Assembly: GCF_006345805.1 (NCBI RefSeq)
Contig: NC_042998.1
Coordinates: 196,230,001 to 196,294,000, forward strand
DNA from: Octopus sinensis
Taxonomy: Eukaryota
DNA: 64,000 nt
Direction of reading: 5' to 3'
The position numbers and the translations under genes were made by a program. The notes under the pieces are model-generated. The model ran no database searches. It worked only from the letters and a program-made list of their open reading frames with translations, and was not told the origin of the DNA. Of this stretch, positions 63,946 to 64,000 are shown one piece after another; within the stretch, counting starts at the first letter, position 1, and each line of letters starts with the position of its first letter.

Positions 63946-64000
63946 GAATTATTCATTTTGTACCAGTTTGCTGTATCTTCTGTTAGCTGAGAAATAAATA

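Overview
Repeat-saturated eukaryotic DNA, most likely octopus/coleoid cephalopod (inferred from the SINE families and microsatellite load; not verifiable here). No host gene is recognised with confidence; one speculative two-exon 87-aa gene is proposed on the minus strand at 35.5-36.4 kb. The window holds about 40 copies of four tRNA-derived SINE families, a near-intact 5'-truncated R4/Dong-clade LINE in (TAA)n (55.6-58.8 kb), several Dong 3' fragments, and fragments of CR1-type, RTE and Tx1-like LINEs. It also has a Penelope-like GIY-YIG fragment, Tc1/mariner, Tigger and hAT remnants, several foldback elements and very large microsatellites. The most notable signal is RNA-structural. Between 50.2 and 54.4 kb a cluster of small, mostly (TA)n-flanked elements carries hammerhead-ribozyme motifs. 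Two are fully canonical (52223-52306 and 53530-53606, both minus strand, GUC cleavage triplet, palindromic stem III). One of these lies in a 489-bp unit bounded by 42-bp direct repeats (retrozyme/pseudo-LTR-like); the other lies between 31-bp inverted repeats. A variant-core hammerhead-like module recurs five times and follows both a Penelope-like GIY-YIG and a Tx1-like ORF. All folds and alignments were done by eye; coordinates of degenerate repeats are approximate.
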